Positions 36,501 through 45,120 of a stretch of 63,331 nucleotides of DNA are shown one piece after another. This stretch comes from an uncultured Lentisphaeraceae bacterium. Its GTDB lineage: Bacteria; Verrucomicrobiota; Kiritimatiellia; RFP12; DVOR01. The position numbers were made by a program, and so were the translations under genes. The notes below the pieces were generated by a model. That model was not told the origin of the DNA. It made no database searches and saw only the letters and a list, made by a program, of their open reading frames with translations. Where the stretch lies: contig CAYZIC010000003.1 in NCBI GenBank assembly GCA_964478335.1, positions 1 to 63,331 of the forward strand, read 5' to 3'. The first letter of the stretch is position 1, and the number at the start of each line of letters is the position of its first letter.

Positions 36501-38700
36501 TGGGAGGATTGTCTAGCTCTGGTGCATCAGCACTGGCGGTGGAGACGACAATGGCACAGGAGCTGCGGTCGATGTCAAAGGTTGCGCTGTCGCCGTAGAT
36601 GGTGCGGTCGTCTTCGTCGTAGATGCGAATGAAGTAGACTTCGCCCTCGGGGGTTTCCCAGCCATTGCCAACGAGTGTGATCTCTTTGCGAATCTCGGTG
36701 TCGGGGGAAATAGATAGGCGTCCGACGCGTTTCTCAAAGGTGACCTCGCCGCCTGTGGCTTGTCTGCGCATAAGCGAAACAATGACAGTCGGTGCGTGGG
36801 AAACGCGAAAGGTAAAGGGCACGTGTGCTGCGTCGACCTTTTGGTCGGCGGTGGGATTAGAGACGCGGATCCATTCGACGACGCCGGGGGCTTTGACCTT
36901 GAAGCGCTGCGTGTAGGCAAAGGAGCCTGCGGTGCGAGCTGGAATGTCGAATGTAGAATGTGGACTGTTGGTGGTGTCTGCGGTGTGGACTTTGATAAAA
37001 TACTGGCGGCCGATGAGGTCTTTGGGGAGGGGTACAGCAATTGGGGTGGATTGATTAGGGGTAATCGAGGAGAGGGTTTTGAGGAGGATGGGGGCAAAGG
37101 CGGGATCTTGATTCATGAGGGTGAATTTGAGGGGCTGATCATGCGATGCAGTTACCGTAAGGGTCAGCGTGTCGCCAGATTCGTAGGTGACGCGGGTGAG
37201 AGCTTGGACGCTCAAGAAGTGGGCGTCTTTGGAGAGGGCTTTGGCGCAATCAACGCGCGCGCCGGTCGTGCAGATCGATTTGAGCTCGGGCACGGGATGG
37301 GCGGTTTGGTAGAGACGACGAATGACGTCGCGATAGGTCCAGGTGGGGTTTTGTTCGTAAATCATGGACACGGTCGCAGCGACAATTGGCGTGGCCATGG
37401 AGGTGCCGTCCCAAGAGGCGTAGGCATTGGGGGCATCTGAGGTGCAGGAGATAATATTCGTACCCGGAGCTGCAATATCTGTCGAGGTGGCTCCGTAGCT
37501 CGTCTGCCAACCATGACTTGCGGGGAGATCATTTGGATCGGTGGCGACAACGGTCACGATATTATCCGAATCATAGCTCGCAGGATAGGTCGGCAAGATG
37601 TCGTTGTCATTGCCATCATTGCCCGCTGCGACGACGAGGATTGTGCCATTGTCTGCACCCATTTCATTGATGAGGGCGTGCTCAGCAGGATCATAGCCGG
37701 CGAATGTGGGGTTGCGACCAAAGCTGCAGCTCAAGACTTTGATTTGGTTGTCGTAGGCCCACTGATAGCCGTCAATAATATCGGCATCGCCCATATAGCT
37801 GATGGGGCCACGAATGGAGGTCAAGTTGGCCACTTGTGCAACCCCACAAATACCCAAATCGTTATTGGGATCTGCACCAATGATACCCGAACAGTGCGAG
37901 CCGTGTCCATGGTGATCGGCAGGACTCGGATCATCTCGCAGAGCCGACACTCGTTGCGTGATATTCGCTTGCAGATCCTCATGATCAACCCGAATGCCCG
38001 TATCAAAGACCGCACAGGCCGTCTGTGTAAACCCAAAGAGCCCACGCTCCCACACGGTGCGTACTCCGATTTGATCCAAATGCCACTGCTGTTTGGCCAA
38101 TGGGTCATTGGGATTGGGCGATGGCTGCGGAGCCTCAATCTGTGGCAAACTAAAGGTCATCGGTGAAAGATACGCTGCCTTGACCGAGTCATCGACTCCT
38201 GCCTTAAAATGCGCGAGCCAGGCTTCGTTGCCTTGCCAATCTTTAAGTGAGAGGCGCACGCGCACAATTAATCCACGGCCGTAGCGACGAATGATCCTTG
38301 CACGGCCACCGAGCTGACAGTAACGCTGCTCAAAATCCTCCACCGCTGCGTGGGTTGAGAAAATCATCATGACCTCATCGAGTCTCTCTCCTGAGAGAAA
38401 GCGCCGCACCTCTGTCGTCTGCCCGGTCGTGCTAGAGGCAAGGGTCTCAATAGTCTCGGTAATGCGAAAATAACGCATCGATGCCGATCGCATCACGCGC
38501 GTCTCGATGGTTTGCCCACTACTACCTGCGGTCATCCCCATAGGGCCTGCTCCGTGCTGTCGCGAACGCGACACCGCGATCTCTTTAGCATCCCAATCAA
38601 TATTTGAGGGGGCGTAATCAACCACCCATGGCTTTGCCAAGATCGTAGTCACTGGCATACTCAAAACAACAACAAGTATCGCAAAAAGCATCTTAATCAT
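33568..38700 (-). CDS. giant secreted subtilisin-like (S8) serine protease with Ig-like, GLUG-like and chitobiase/Fn3-associated-type repeats
   Basis: 1710 aa with a signal peptide MIKMLFAILVVVLSMPVTTILA and an S8 triad context: VFDTGIRVDHEDL (Asp), HGHGSHCSG (His), AAGNDGN, GTSMATP (Ser). Three ..(I/L)(Y/H)YT(L/I)(D/Q)G(S/E).. modules follow. A GLUG-like region reads ..IGAFAGSSFG..LGGLVGALYG. Confidence 0.85.
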   Translation of the reverse strand: MIKMLFAILVVVLSMPVTTILAKPWVVDYAPSNIDWDAKEIAVSRSRQHGAGPMGMTAGSSGQTIETRVMRSASMRYFRITETIETLASSTTGQTTEVRRFLSGERLDEVMMIFSTHAAVEDFEQRYCQLGGRARIIRRYGRGLIVRVRLSLKDWQGNEAWLAHFKAGVDDSVKAAYLSPMTFSLPQIEAPQPSPNPNDPLAKQQWHLDQIGVRTVWERGLFGFTQTACAVFDTGIRVDHEDLQANITQRVSALRDDPSPADHHGHGSHCSGIIGADPNNDLGICGVAQVANLTSIRGPISYMGDADIIDGYQWAYDNQIKVLSCSFGRNPTFAGYDPAEHALINEMGADNGTILVVAAGNDGNDNDILPTYPASYDSDNIVTVVATDPNDLPASHGWQTSYGATSTDIAAPGTNIISCTSDAPNAYASWDGTSMATPIVAATVSMIYEQNPTWTYRDVIRRLYQTAHPVPELKSICTTGARVDCAKALSKDAHFLSVQALTRVTYESGDTLTLTVTASHDQPLKFTLMNQDPAFAPILLKTLSSITPNQSTPIAVPLPKDLIGRQYFIKVHTADTTNSPHSTFDIPARTAGSFAYTQRFKVKAPGVVEWIRVSNPTADQKVDAAHVPFTFRVSHAPTVIVSLMRRQATGGEVTFEKRVGRLSISPDTEIRKEITLVGNGWETPEGEVYFIRIYDEDDRTIYGDSATFDIDRSSCAIVVSTASADAPELDNPPSYVAGEPIRVKHFLPMSDLYYFFLAKEDLSESYEIKQIWLDGDIDGSTDIANRTFTITLPESFVGSKWFIHAFDIFDTAFMAQSPAFEVTAPTKPLPTLLHAIDTPNLTIKDTYAWRPVEDPSATGGWAAQAGEVSALERSLLDTEIETPATIRFRWRGNGLTEQARGAFYVVKQPHGTQPSAFGEPLTTLTQTTDDWETVTHAIEKSGRYTLRWVLDKAAHANDTEGALWLDDVQIAHLVAPATLSHQGGIFQGQTPEISMSCTTPEATIYYTLDGSEPTPATSLEYTRPIRLTQSATLRARAFRDGWSASQSVTASYWVQRGTGSVDSPYTLSTPTDLYVLAQLVNRGNAFTGKTIHVDRDLDFANSPAQPTIGLDTTQSLPDGKMRPFSGTLDGGHHTWYNLRLRHALPTELPAKDHAFLANNTMLGLFATLTASAHVKDLTLVNPTLDGGEANRTIGAFAGSSFGHLHNLHVQGGTIHGNGTLGGLVGALYGTLEQSSVSDLKLANKSSTSSAFRPYTLGALVGRADATLSDPASHSTFNILHSSERSELVPSVTHCASHTTTLSGENASTGQLTLGGAIGTLIGNVPLTDLDIRTIIRSSGDGVAAGGIIGTFEPGPDAKTFSLTRALIAPTFTNADGQGCGLVYGTAIGTLSLAQAQSVYLLEQTATTTNAADLQMQTLAALKAPQVLTDLQAGQAGWGSHPTEGLPTLTLTSPKTMPLGQPQLSHSPGFFIDPFELTITPPTDTPDAQVLYTIQGEDKMLPYTQPIPLTTDRAYTLTLIAKQGESQSVPLIVTYTPFARPQCSRPIVDGVWGDATYFPGSMMIVLTSPTKGATLHYTLDGSTPTGASPIYTAPIPLREDATLCAIAIKRNFIDSPIITKTLTRETWPVTIRLLALDHQTDHPKHAGDLLTLTAPTFSRQRFRRWSGTASHLLPHIFSPTVTFDVKGDRNQILELRANYDLYQPGLRLYLR
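34841..34886 (-). repeat. hairpin plus heptamer element, in-frame copy in the protease gene
   Basis: The plus strand reads AGCTCGCTGCGCTCGCT GGAATGT AGAATGT TGAATGT AGAATGT G. Translated on the minus strand as ..ASHSTFNILHSSERSEL. Confidence 0.75.
36941..36963 (-). repeat. heptamer element, second in-frame copy in the protease gene
   Basis: The plus strand reads GGAATGT CGAATGT AGAATGT GG. Translated as ..SPHSTFDIPA. Confidence 0.7.
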
Positions 38701-38731
38701 GGGTGTCCTCCTAAAACGGCCTGGGACTGAT

Positions 38732-38760
38732 TGGCTACGCCGCTAGAATGTGGGATGTGG
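38732..38760 (-). repeat. hairpin plus heptamer element, intergenic copy between sdaA and the protease gene
   Basis: TGGC-TAC-GCCGCT followed by AGAATGT GGGATGT GG, 32-60 nt upstream of the protease start codon. Confidence 0.65.
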
Positions 38761-38783
38761 TCACAGTTCACGGTCTGGTGGCT

Positions 38784-40007
38784 TTAATTATCGACGATTG
38801 CGAGACCACCGGTGGAGGTCTCTTTATAAAGGGATGGTAGGTCGTGGCCTGTTTGGAGCATGGTGCGGACAACTTTGTCAAAGCTGACGCGGTGCTGTCC
38901 GTCTGAGAGGGCTGAGTAAAGGTTTGCATCCATGGCACGTGCAGCTGCGAAGGCGTTGCGCTCGATGCAGGGGATCTGCACGAGGCCACAAATGGGGTCA
39001 CAGGTAAGACCGAGGTGGTGCTCGAGCCCCATCTCGGCGGCATATTCAATCTGTAGGGGTGAACCGCCAAAGAGCTGCGAGGCTGCTGCTGCAGCCATGG
39101 AGCAGGCGACACCGATCTCGCCTTGGCAGCCGACCTCTGCTCCAGAGAGTGAGGCATTGGTCTTGGCGATGAGCGCGACGATACCTGCGGTGGCAAGGGC
39201 ACGAATAATGCGGGTCTCGCTAAAGTTGTGGTGCTTGTAGAGGTAATAGAGCACTGCGGGTAGGACACCTGCTGAGCCGCAGGTGGGGGCGGTAACGATG
39301 GGACTAGTTGAGGCGGCGTTTTCTTCTGCTACGGCTAGAGCATAGGCATAGAGGTAACCGCGGCCTTGGATGCCGGTGCGTAGACCGCAGGCGCGTTGAT
39401 AATAGATGGCGGCTTTGCGCTGGAGGCCGAGGCCTCCTGGCAGGACTCCCTCGGCCTCGAGGCCTGCCTCGACGGCGATTTTCATCGTTTCCCAAACGGA
39501 TTTGAGCTCTTCTAAAAGAGTGGGCTCGTGAGCGAGGGCGTATTCCCAAATGGCGCAGCCGGTCTTTTTACACCAGTCTAGGATATCGGCCATGGTGGAG
39601 AGCTCGTAGATGTCGCGGGTGGGATCGACCCAGTCGGCACGGACGTCGCCAAGCTTGGTGGTGGGGTCTTCGTTAAGGAAGCCTCCGCCAATACTATAGA
39701 CGCGCCAGATGCCTAATGAGTGGTCGTCTGCGTCGAAGGCTTCAAAGTCCATGCCGTTGGGGTGGAATGGTAAAAATACAGTCGGTTGCCAATCGATCGT
39801 ACATGGCGTGCCCTCGAGCATCTTGATAATGGCGGTATCGGTGGCGTGGCCTTTACCAGTGGCGGCAAGGCTACCATACAAAATGACATGGATGCGCTTG
39901 GCCTCTGTATAAACAGATTTAAAGCGCTTGGCGGCGCGTTCTGGCCCCATTGTATGGGAGCTTGATGGGCCGAAGCCGACTTTGTAGATTTGCATGACTG
40001 ATTGCAT
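38784..40007 (-). CDS. sdaA: L-serine ammonia-lyase (iron-sulfur-dependent, single chain)
   Basis: N-terminus ..IYKVGFGPSSSHTMGP.., with Cys-containing motifs ..TAPTCGSAGV.. and ..GLTCDPICGLVQIPCIERN. Confidence 0.88.
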   Translation of the reverse strand: MQSVMQIYKVGFGPSSSHTMGPERAAKRFKSVYTEAKRIHVILYGSLAATGKGHATDTAIIKMLEGTPCTIDWQPTVFLPFHPNGMDFEAFDADDHSLGIWRVYSIGGGFLNEDPTTKLGDVRADWVDPTRDIYELSTMADILDWCKKTGCAIWEYALAHEPTLLEELKSVWETMKIAVEAGLEAEGVLPGGLGLQRKAAIYYQRACGLRTGIQGRGYLYAYALAVAEENAASTSPIVTAPTCGSAGVLPAVLYYLYKHHNFSETRIIRALATAGIVALIAKTNASLSGAEVGCQGEIGVACSMAAAAASQLFGGSPLQIEYAAEMGLEHHLGLTCDPICGLVQIPCIERNAFAAARAMDANLYSALSDGQHRVSFDKVVRTMLQTGHDLPSLYKETSTGGLAIVDN

Positions 40008-40087
40008 AATATTTCTCCAGGGTGGAGCGATGCTCGCTATTGAAACGCCCGAGCTTGGGCTCGGGCGTGTTTTTTTGACTTGGGCTG

Positions 40088-41377
40088 CTAGAGGCCTTCA
40101 CGCATGCGCTTGGATGTGCGGACTGCGCAAAATGCTTTGCCACACATGGAGCAGTGATCGTCGTCGTGGGCGGCGCCGGATTCATTGCGGGTCGCTTGCC
40201 AGCGGGTACGGGCTGCACAGGGGTCGATGGCGCATTCGAACTGGCGATTCCAGTCAAAGTCATAGCGGGCTTGACTCATGGCATCATCGGCATCTCGCGC
40301 ACCTCTAAATCCGCGAGCGACATCGCCTGCATGGGCTGCAATCAAATAGGTGATGCAACCGACGTGCACTTCTTTGGCATCGGGCAGGCCGAGATGCTCT
40401 GCAGGAGTGACGTAGCAGAGGAGAGAGGCCCCATAGGTAGCGGCTGCGGTTGCACCAATGGCGGAGGTGATGTGGTCATACGCAGGGGCGATATCGGTCA
40501 CCAAGGGGCCAAGCACATAAAAGGGTGCCTCATCGCAGACGCGCTGTTCGCGCGCCATTTGCTCTTGAATTTGGTTAAATGGGACGTGTCCGGGGCCTTC
40601 GACCATGACTTGTACGCCGCGCTCACGGCAGCGGTGGACCAATTCCCCAAGGACATCGAGCTCTGCATATTGAGCTTCGTCACCAGCATCAGCAAGTGCG
40701 CCAGGGCGCAGGCCGTCGCCGAGAGAGACGGTGACATCATACTCAGCGAGGATATCCATAACTTCGTCCCAGTGGGTGTAGAGGGGGTTTTCTTGGTTGT
40801 GCTGCTTCATCCATTCGGCCATGATGGCTCCACCACGGCTGACGATACCAAGCTTGCGCTTGAGGGTCATAGGGATATGACGCTGGAGGAGGCCTGCATG
40901 CAGAGTCATGAAGTCGACACCTTGAGCGGCTTGCTCACGAATAACACCGAGAAGTAATTCTGGCTCCATCACGGGGATGTCTCCATCGAGGCGGGAGATG
41001 GTTTCATAGATAGGTACGGTGCCCAATGGTGCTGGGGAGGCCTCGAGCATGCCTTGGCGAATGTCTGCCAAATCGTTGCCCACACTCAAATCCATGACAA
41101 ATTGCGCTCCTGCGTCAAGGGCGACTTGGAGCTTCTCGAGCTCGTCGCCTTTGCCACTGCGTAATTGTGAACGGCCCAAGTTGGCGTTGATCTTGGTCTT
41201 AAACATGCGCCCGACACCTGTAGGTTTACAGTTTTTGTGGGCGGGGTTAAATGGGATAACAGCGCGTCCAGATGCGATAGCTTCGCGCACGAGCTCTGCT
41301 GTCAGGCCCTCTTCAGATGCAACGGCCTCCATTTGTGGCGTGATAATCCCTTGGCGAGCAGCTTCTAATTGAGTCAT
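40088..41377 (-). CDS. thiC: phosphomethylpyrimidine synthase
   Basis: ORF 40088..41614 trimmed to the ATG at 41377 (MTQLEAARQGIITPQMEAVA..). Contains ..TVPIYE.., ..GIVSRGG.., ..EGPGHVP.. and the C-terminal CSMCG..FC cluster. Confidence 0.93.
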   Translation of the reverse strand: MTQLEAARQGIITPQMEAVASEEGLTAELVREAIASGRAVIPFNPAHKNCKPTGVGRMFKTKINANLGRSQLRSGKGDELEKLQVALDAGAQFVMDLSVGNDLADIRQGMLEASPAPLGTVPIYETISRLDGDIPVMEPELLLGVIREQAAQGVDFMTLHAGLLQRHIPMTLKRKLGIVSRGGAIMAEWMKQHNQENPLYTHWDEVMDILAEYDVTVSLGDGLRPGALADAGDEAQYAELDVLGELVHRCRERGVQVMVEGPGHVPFNQIQEQMAREQRVCDEAPFYVLGPLVTDIAPAYDHITSAIGATAAATYGASLLCYVTPAEHLGLPDAKEVHVGCITYLIAAHAGDVARGFRGARDADDAMSQARYDFDWNRQFECAIDPCAARTRWQATRNESGAAHDDDHCSMCGKAFCAVRTSKRMREGL

Positions 41378-41485
41378 TATAAATATCCTTTTTTTGGGGC
41401 GACTACGTCGCCAGCTCACAGACCGCATTCGTGAGCGTAGCGAACACAATTCGCACCGTACGCGCAACGGATGGGTCATGGCATT

Positions 41486-41515
41486 ACTATACGCTAATTG
41501 AGGCTCATTTGTCAA
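41486..41515 (-). promoter_or_regulatory. candidate sigma70-type promoter for thiC (TTGACA-N18-TATAGT)
   Basis: On the minus strand, TTGACA is at 41515..41510 and TATAGT at 41491..41486. This would give a leader of about 100 nt. Confidence 0.4.
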
Positions 41516-41726
41516 GCTCAAAGTTTGAGTGGCCAGCGGCCTTTTGGGGTGCTCACTACGCTCTCTCTTGGTTGTGTCTACGCCGCAGGACGAAGTGCCT
41601 GTGAGACTGCACATTTGGGATGGATCGTCGGCGGATGGCTAGTCAGAGGTGTAGACGGGTAAGTGTGGATGCTTTTAGGTCTGCAAGTCGACCATTGGCG
41701 CCTAGGTTGGCAAAGAGGGAAAGGGG

Positions 41727-43931
41727 CTATTGCGTAAGCTTGGGCTCTTGTGATGGTGTCACTGTCTCGCCGGTGGCGCCTGTGGTTAGGCGGTGGGCGA
41801 GGGTGGTGTGGCGCTCGATGATAGGGTTATTTTGCAGGGCGATGCGGAGGGCTTTTGTCGAGCCGACGATGCAGACTAGCTTTTTGCCGCGGGTTAATGC
41901 GGTATAGATGAGGTTGCGCTGGAGTAACTTAAAGTGCTGGGTGTGAAGCACGATAATGATGGCGGGGTATTCGCTGCCTTGAGATTTGTGGATGCTACAG
42001 GCGTAGGCGAGAGTGATTTGGTTGAGCTCGGTGCGTTTGTACTGGACAGGGCGACCGTCGTACATAACGACAAGTGAATCGTCTGTCGGGTTGATCCTCT
42101 GAACAAACCCGATGTCGCCATTGTAAACGTCTTTGTCGTAATTATTTGAGATTTGCATGACTCGATCAAGCTCTCGAAAGATCTCTACGCCGTGGGTAAC
42201 CTGTCTGCCGTGTGGATTGACGGCGGCCTGAATGCGGGCATTGAGGTTGTCTGTGCCGAGGAGGGCGCGTCGCATGGGGGTGAGGACTTGGATTTCGCGG
42301 AGGGGGTCGAGGTGAAACTCTCGGGGGATGCGGCGGGTCATGAGGTCGATGACGCGGGTGAGGATCTTGTCGGGATCTGCGGTCTCTACAAAATAAAAGT
42401 CGCTCTTGGTATTGGGGGGGGGAAGGATGAGGGATTGGCCTTGGTTGATGCGGTGGGCATTTTTTACAATATAGCCAGTGGTGTCTTGTCTAAAAATGAG
42501 ATTGAGGCGGGCGGTGGGGAAGATTTTGGCATGAATGAGGTCGCCTAGGACGTGGCCTGCTCCAACGCTGGGTAGCTGGTCGGTGTCGCCAACAACAATG
42601 AGCATAGCGTGGTCGGGGAGGGCCTCAACAAATTGTCTCATGAGGATGATGTCAAACATGGAGGCTTCGTCAATGATAAAGCAGTCGCCGTCGAGGGGGT
42701 TGAGTAAGTTGTGGGCGAAGCGGTTGGTGGCGGGCTGAAATTTGAGGAGGCGATGTAGGGTGGTCGCTTTGCGACCAGTGGATTCACTCATGCGCTTAGC
42801 AGCTCGGCCTGTGGGCGCAGCTAGGAAAAAATTGATCTTGCGACGCTCGAGTATCATGCAGAGGGCTTTGATAATGGTGGTCTTGCCAACGCCTGGGCCG
42901 CCTGTAATGATAGAGACCTTGGCTGAGATGGCTTGTCCAAGAGCGGTAAATTGCGCGGTGGCCAGGTTGAATCCGATCTCTTTCTCGACCCATGCGAGGG
43001 CTTTGGGGACATGAATGGGCTCAAAGCGTGTGGGGGTCTGCTGGATAGCGAGTAATTTTCGCGCGACGGCATATTCTGCATGGTAGTAGTTTTTGAGGTA
43101 GACGCGAGGGTGGTCTCTGACAAGCAGTCCGCGCTCGGTGTCAATTGCGAGGGCTTCTGTGAGGCGCTCAATAGGGATGTCAAGCATCTCTTGGGTAGAG
43201 AGTAGGAGCTCAGACTCGAGCATGTAGCAGTGACCTTGGTCGTCGGCGGCTTGCATTAAACAGTGAAGGAGGCCTCCCTCAGCGCGGAGAATAGAGTCTT
43301 TTTGAATGCCGTGGGCAAGGGCGATGTCGTCGGCTTTTTTAAAGCCGATGCCGTAGACATCGCGGGCGAGGCGGTAAGGATTACGCTTGACGATGGCAAT
43401 GGCATCTGCACCATATTGGCGCACAATATTAGCTGCGGTACGTGTGCCAATGCCATGGGCTTGCAAGAAAATCATGACGTCTCTAATGGCTGCACCTTTG
43501 GACCAGGCATCTTTGATTTTAGTGACGACGCTCTTGCCTAAGCCACGGATTTCACTCAGTGCTTGGGGGTTTTGCTCCAAGATGTCGAGGGTGGATTCAC
43601 CAAACTTTGCGACGATCTTTTGGGCGGTTTTGGGGCCGACACCTTTAATCATGCCGCTGGAGAGGTAGCGGGTAATCCCCTCGACTGATGAGGGGGCGAT
43701 GCAGGTGATTTTTTCGGCGGCAAATTGACGACCATACTGGGCGTTGTCTCGCCAGTCGCCTTCGAGGATGACTTCTTCGCCCTCCCAGATGGTGGCGCAA
43801 TTGCCGACGATGATGGTACGTGAATTGCCTGTGAGGGATGCAGTGGCGGGTCTAATCGCAAAGACGGTATAACCAGTCTCATCATTACGATAGACAACGC
43901 TTTGAACGGTGCCAGATAAACAGTCTGCCAT
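41727..43931 (-). CDS. recD2: RecD2-type SF1 DNA helicase (RecD-like)
   Basis: ORF 41727..44063 trimmed to the ATG at 43931 (MADCLSGTVQSVVYRNDETGYTVF..), which removes the overlap with the upstream gene. Contains Walker A GGPGVGKTT, ..IIDEASM.. and ..YACSIHKSQGSEYP. Confidence 0.88.
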   Translation of the reverse strand: MADCLSGTVQSVVYRNDETGYTVFAIRPATASLTGNSRTIIVGNCATIWEGEEVILEGDWRDNAQYGRQFAAEKITCIAPSSVEGITRYLSSGMIKGVGPKTAQKIVAKFGESTLDILEQNPQALSEIRGLGKSVVTKIKDAWSKGAAIRDVMIFLQAHGIGTRTAANIVRQYGADAIAIVKRNPYRLARDVYGIGFKKADDIALAHGIQKDSILRAEGGLLHCLMQAADDQGHCYMLESELLLSTQEMLDIPIERLTEALAIDTERGLLVRDHPRVYLKNYYHAEYAVARKLLAIQQTPTRFEPIHVPKALAWVEKEIGFNLATAQFTALGQAISAKVSIITGGPGVGKTTIIKALCMILERRKINFFLAAPTGRAAKRMSESTGRKATTLHRLLKFQPATNRFAHNLLNPLDGDCFIIDEASMFDIILMRQFVEALPDHAMLIVVGDTDQLPSVGAGHVLGDLIHAKIFPTARLNLIFRQDTTGYIVKNAHRINQGQSLILPPPNTKSDFYFVETADPDKILTRVIDLMTRRIPREFHLDPLREIQVLTPMRRALLGTDNLNARIQAAVNPHGRQVTHGVEIFRELDRVMQISNNYDKDVYNGDIGFVQRINPTDDSLVVMYDGRPVQYKRTELNQITLAYACSIHKSQGSEYPAIIIVLHTQHFKLLQRNLIYTALTRGKKLVCIVGSTKALRIALQNNPIIERHTTLAHRLTTGATGETVTPSQEPKLTQ

Positions 43932-44001
43932 GGCGCACCTCCTTGAGAGAGAGAAAGAGCCTCTAACCTGGAGGCAAGAGGCTCTTTTGGGGTCGCTGGA
44001 A

Positions 44002-44928
44002 TTACCAGAGCTTAGCGGGATAAACGCCTGCATCAACCATCTTTTGGATGGCGTTGACGACAATGGGTTTATCTTCTTGATAGGTCACGCCAAACCAACG
44101 ACTGTCAGTCGGCAAGACGGTGACAGACGCGGTACCCTCTTTGAGCAATTCATCGACGTAAAAGGGGATGAACCATTCAGACTTAAGGTTGGCCTTGTTT
44201 GCTTCAAACCAGGTGGAGAAGCGTTCTTCCATGCCGTCAAACAGAGCGGGGGTGAAGCCCCAGAGGTTCATCGAGACGCGAGTGTCATCTGCAATGATAT
44301 CGGGGGTGTCGGTTTCTTTATTACGAATGACACCATCGTCGTCGCGGGCGATCTTGGTCATTTCGCGGATGTCGGTCAAGAGGGCTGCGTCATTGACTTG
44401 GCACACGCCGCGGGCAACGGAGCCGTTGTCTGAAAGGGTTTGATCCATGCGGTAGCCGACCATTGCGAAAGGGAGAGGCTTTTGGTCCACATCAAGGTTA
44501 GCCAAGTACTTGCCCAATTGCATAAAGGCATCGGTGCCATAAAAGTCATCGGCATTGATCACGGCAAAGGGTGCATCGATCACTTTGCGAGCGGCGCGGA
44601 TGGCGTGGGTCGTACCCCAGGGCTTAACGCGACCTTCTGGCACGGAGCAGCCTGGAGGCAAATCATCAAAGTCTTGAAAAACTAGGTCGACTTTGATCTT
44701 GCCCTCATACTTGGTGACGATCTTTTCGCGGAAGGCTTCCTCAAAATCACGACGAATAATAAAGACTACGCGATCAAAACCTGCGTTGATTGCATCAAAG
44801 ACAGAATAATCCAAAATCACTTCGCCTGACGGACCTACTGAGTCGAGCTGCTTTAAGCCGCCATAACGGCTACCCATACCTGCTGCAAGAATAAGCAAGG
44901 TCGGTTTTTTAGTTGTTGTCATCATCAA
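44002..44928 (-). CDS. sugar-phosphate nucleotidyltransferase family protein
   Basis: The N-terminal LAAGMGSRYGG motif is the G-x-G-(T/S)-R nucleotide-binding loop. 308 aa; substrate not assignable. Confidence 0.7.
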   Translation of the reverse strand: MMMTTTKKPTLLILAAGMGSRYGGLKQLDSVGPSGEVILDYSVFDAINAGFDRVVFIIRRDFEEAFREKIVTKYEGKIKVDLVFQDFDDLPPGCSVPEGRVKPWGTTHAIRAARKVIDAPFAVINADDFYGTDAFMQLGKYLANLDVDQKPLPFAMVGYRMDQTLSDNGSVARGVCQVNDAALLTDIREMTKIARDDDGVIRNKETDTPDIIADDTRVSMNLWGFTPALFDGMEERFSTWFEANKANLKSEWFIPFYVDELLKEGTASVTVLPTDSRWFGVTYQEDKPIVVNAIQKMVDAGVYPAKLW

Positions 44929-44973
44929 TCTCCTAATTTATTACGGTGTTAAAAAAACTTTCAACAAATTCCT

Positions 44974-44985
44974 ATTACTATGCCA
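44974..44985 (-). promoter_or_regulatory. candidate extended -10 element (TGGCATAGTAAT)
   Basis: Read on the minus strand, about 45 nt upstream of the ATG at 44928. An AGGAG RBS follows. Confidence 0.3.
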
Positions 44986-45008
44986 CAAATCGCTCAACAA
45001 AGCAAGTC

Positions 45009-45028
45009 AAAAAGGCACCGCAGGTGCC
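45009..45028 (-). terminator. intrinsic terminator-like hairpin flanked by A and T runs on both sides (bidirectional)
   Basis: AAAAA-GGCACC-GCA-GGTGCC-TTTTTT, downstream of the glycosyltransferase stop at 45121. Confidence 0.55.
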
Positions 45029-45120
45029 TTTTTTAGGTGACAGAGCCTTAAGGCGAGCAAGCTCGCCGTATCAGGCAACAAGCATCAAGCCAGAAACTGA
45101 AATTCGGAGGCGAAGCCTCC

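Noticed and set aside
41378-41614. N-terminal extensions of the longest ORFs: thiC 508 aa, recD2 778 aa, GT 375 aa, aroQ 162 aa, ccsA 263 aa, thiD 286 aa
   Set aside because: The extensions are unconserved-looking, overlap neighbouring genes or repeat DNA, and internal ATGs reproduce canonical family N-termini. The starts were moved accordingly.
41378-41620. Expected TPP (THI-box) riboswitch in the thiC leader
   Set aside because: I read both strands and found neither the conserved CUGAGA core nor the ACCUGAUCUGGAUAAUGCCAGCG-like arm. The leader instead shows three simple hairpins (GCGAA..UUCGC, GCUCAC..GUGAGC, GGCGAC-GUA-GUCGCC) of the dispersed-hairpin type. It is not annotated as a riboswitch. 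A cmscan with Rfam RF00059 would settle it.
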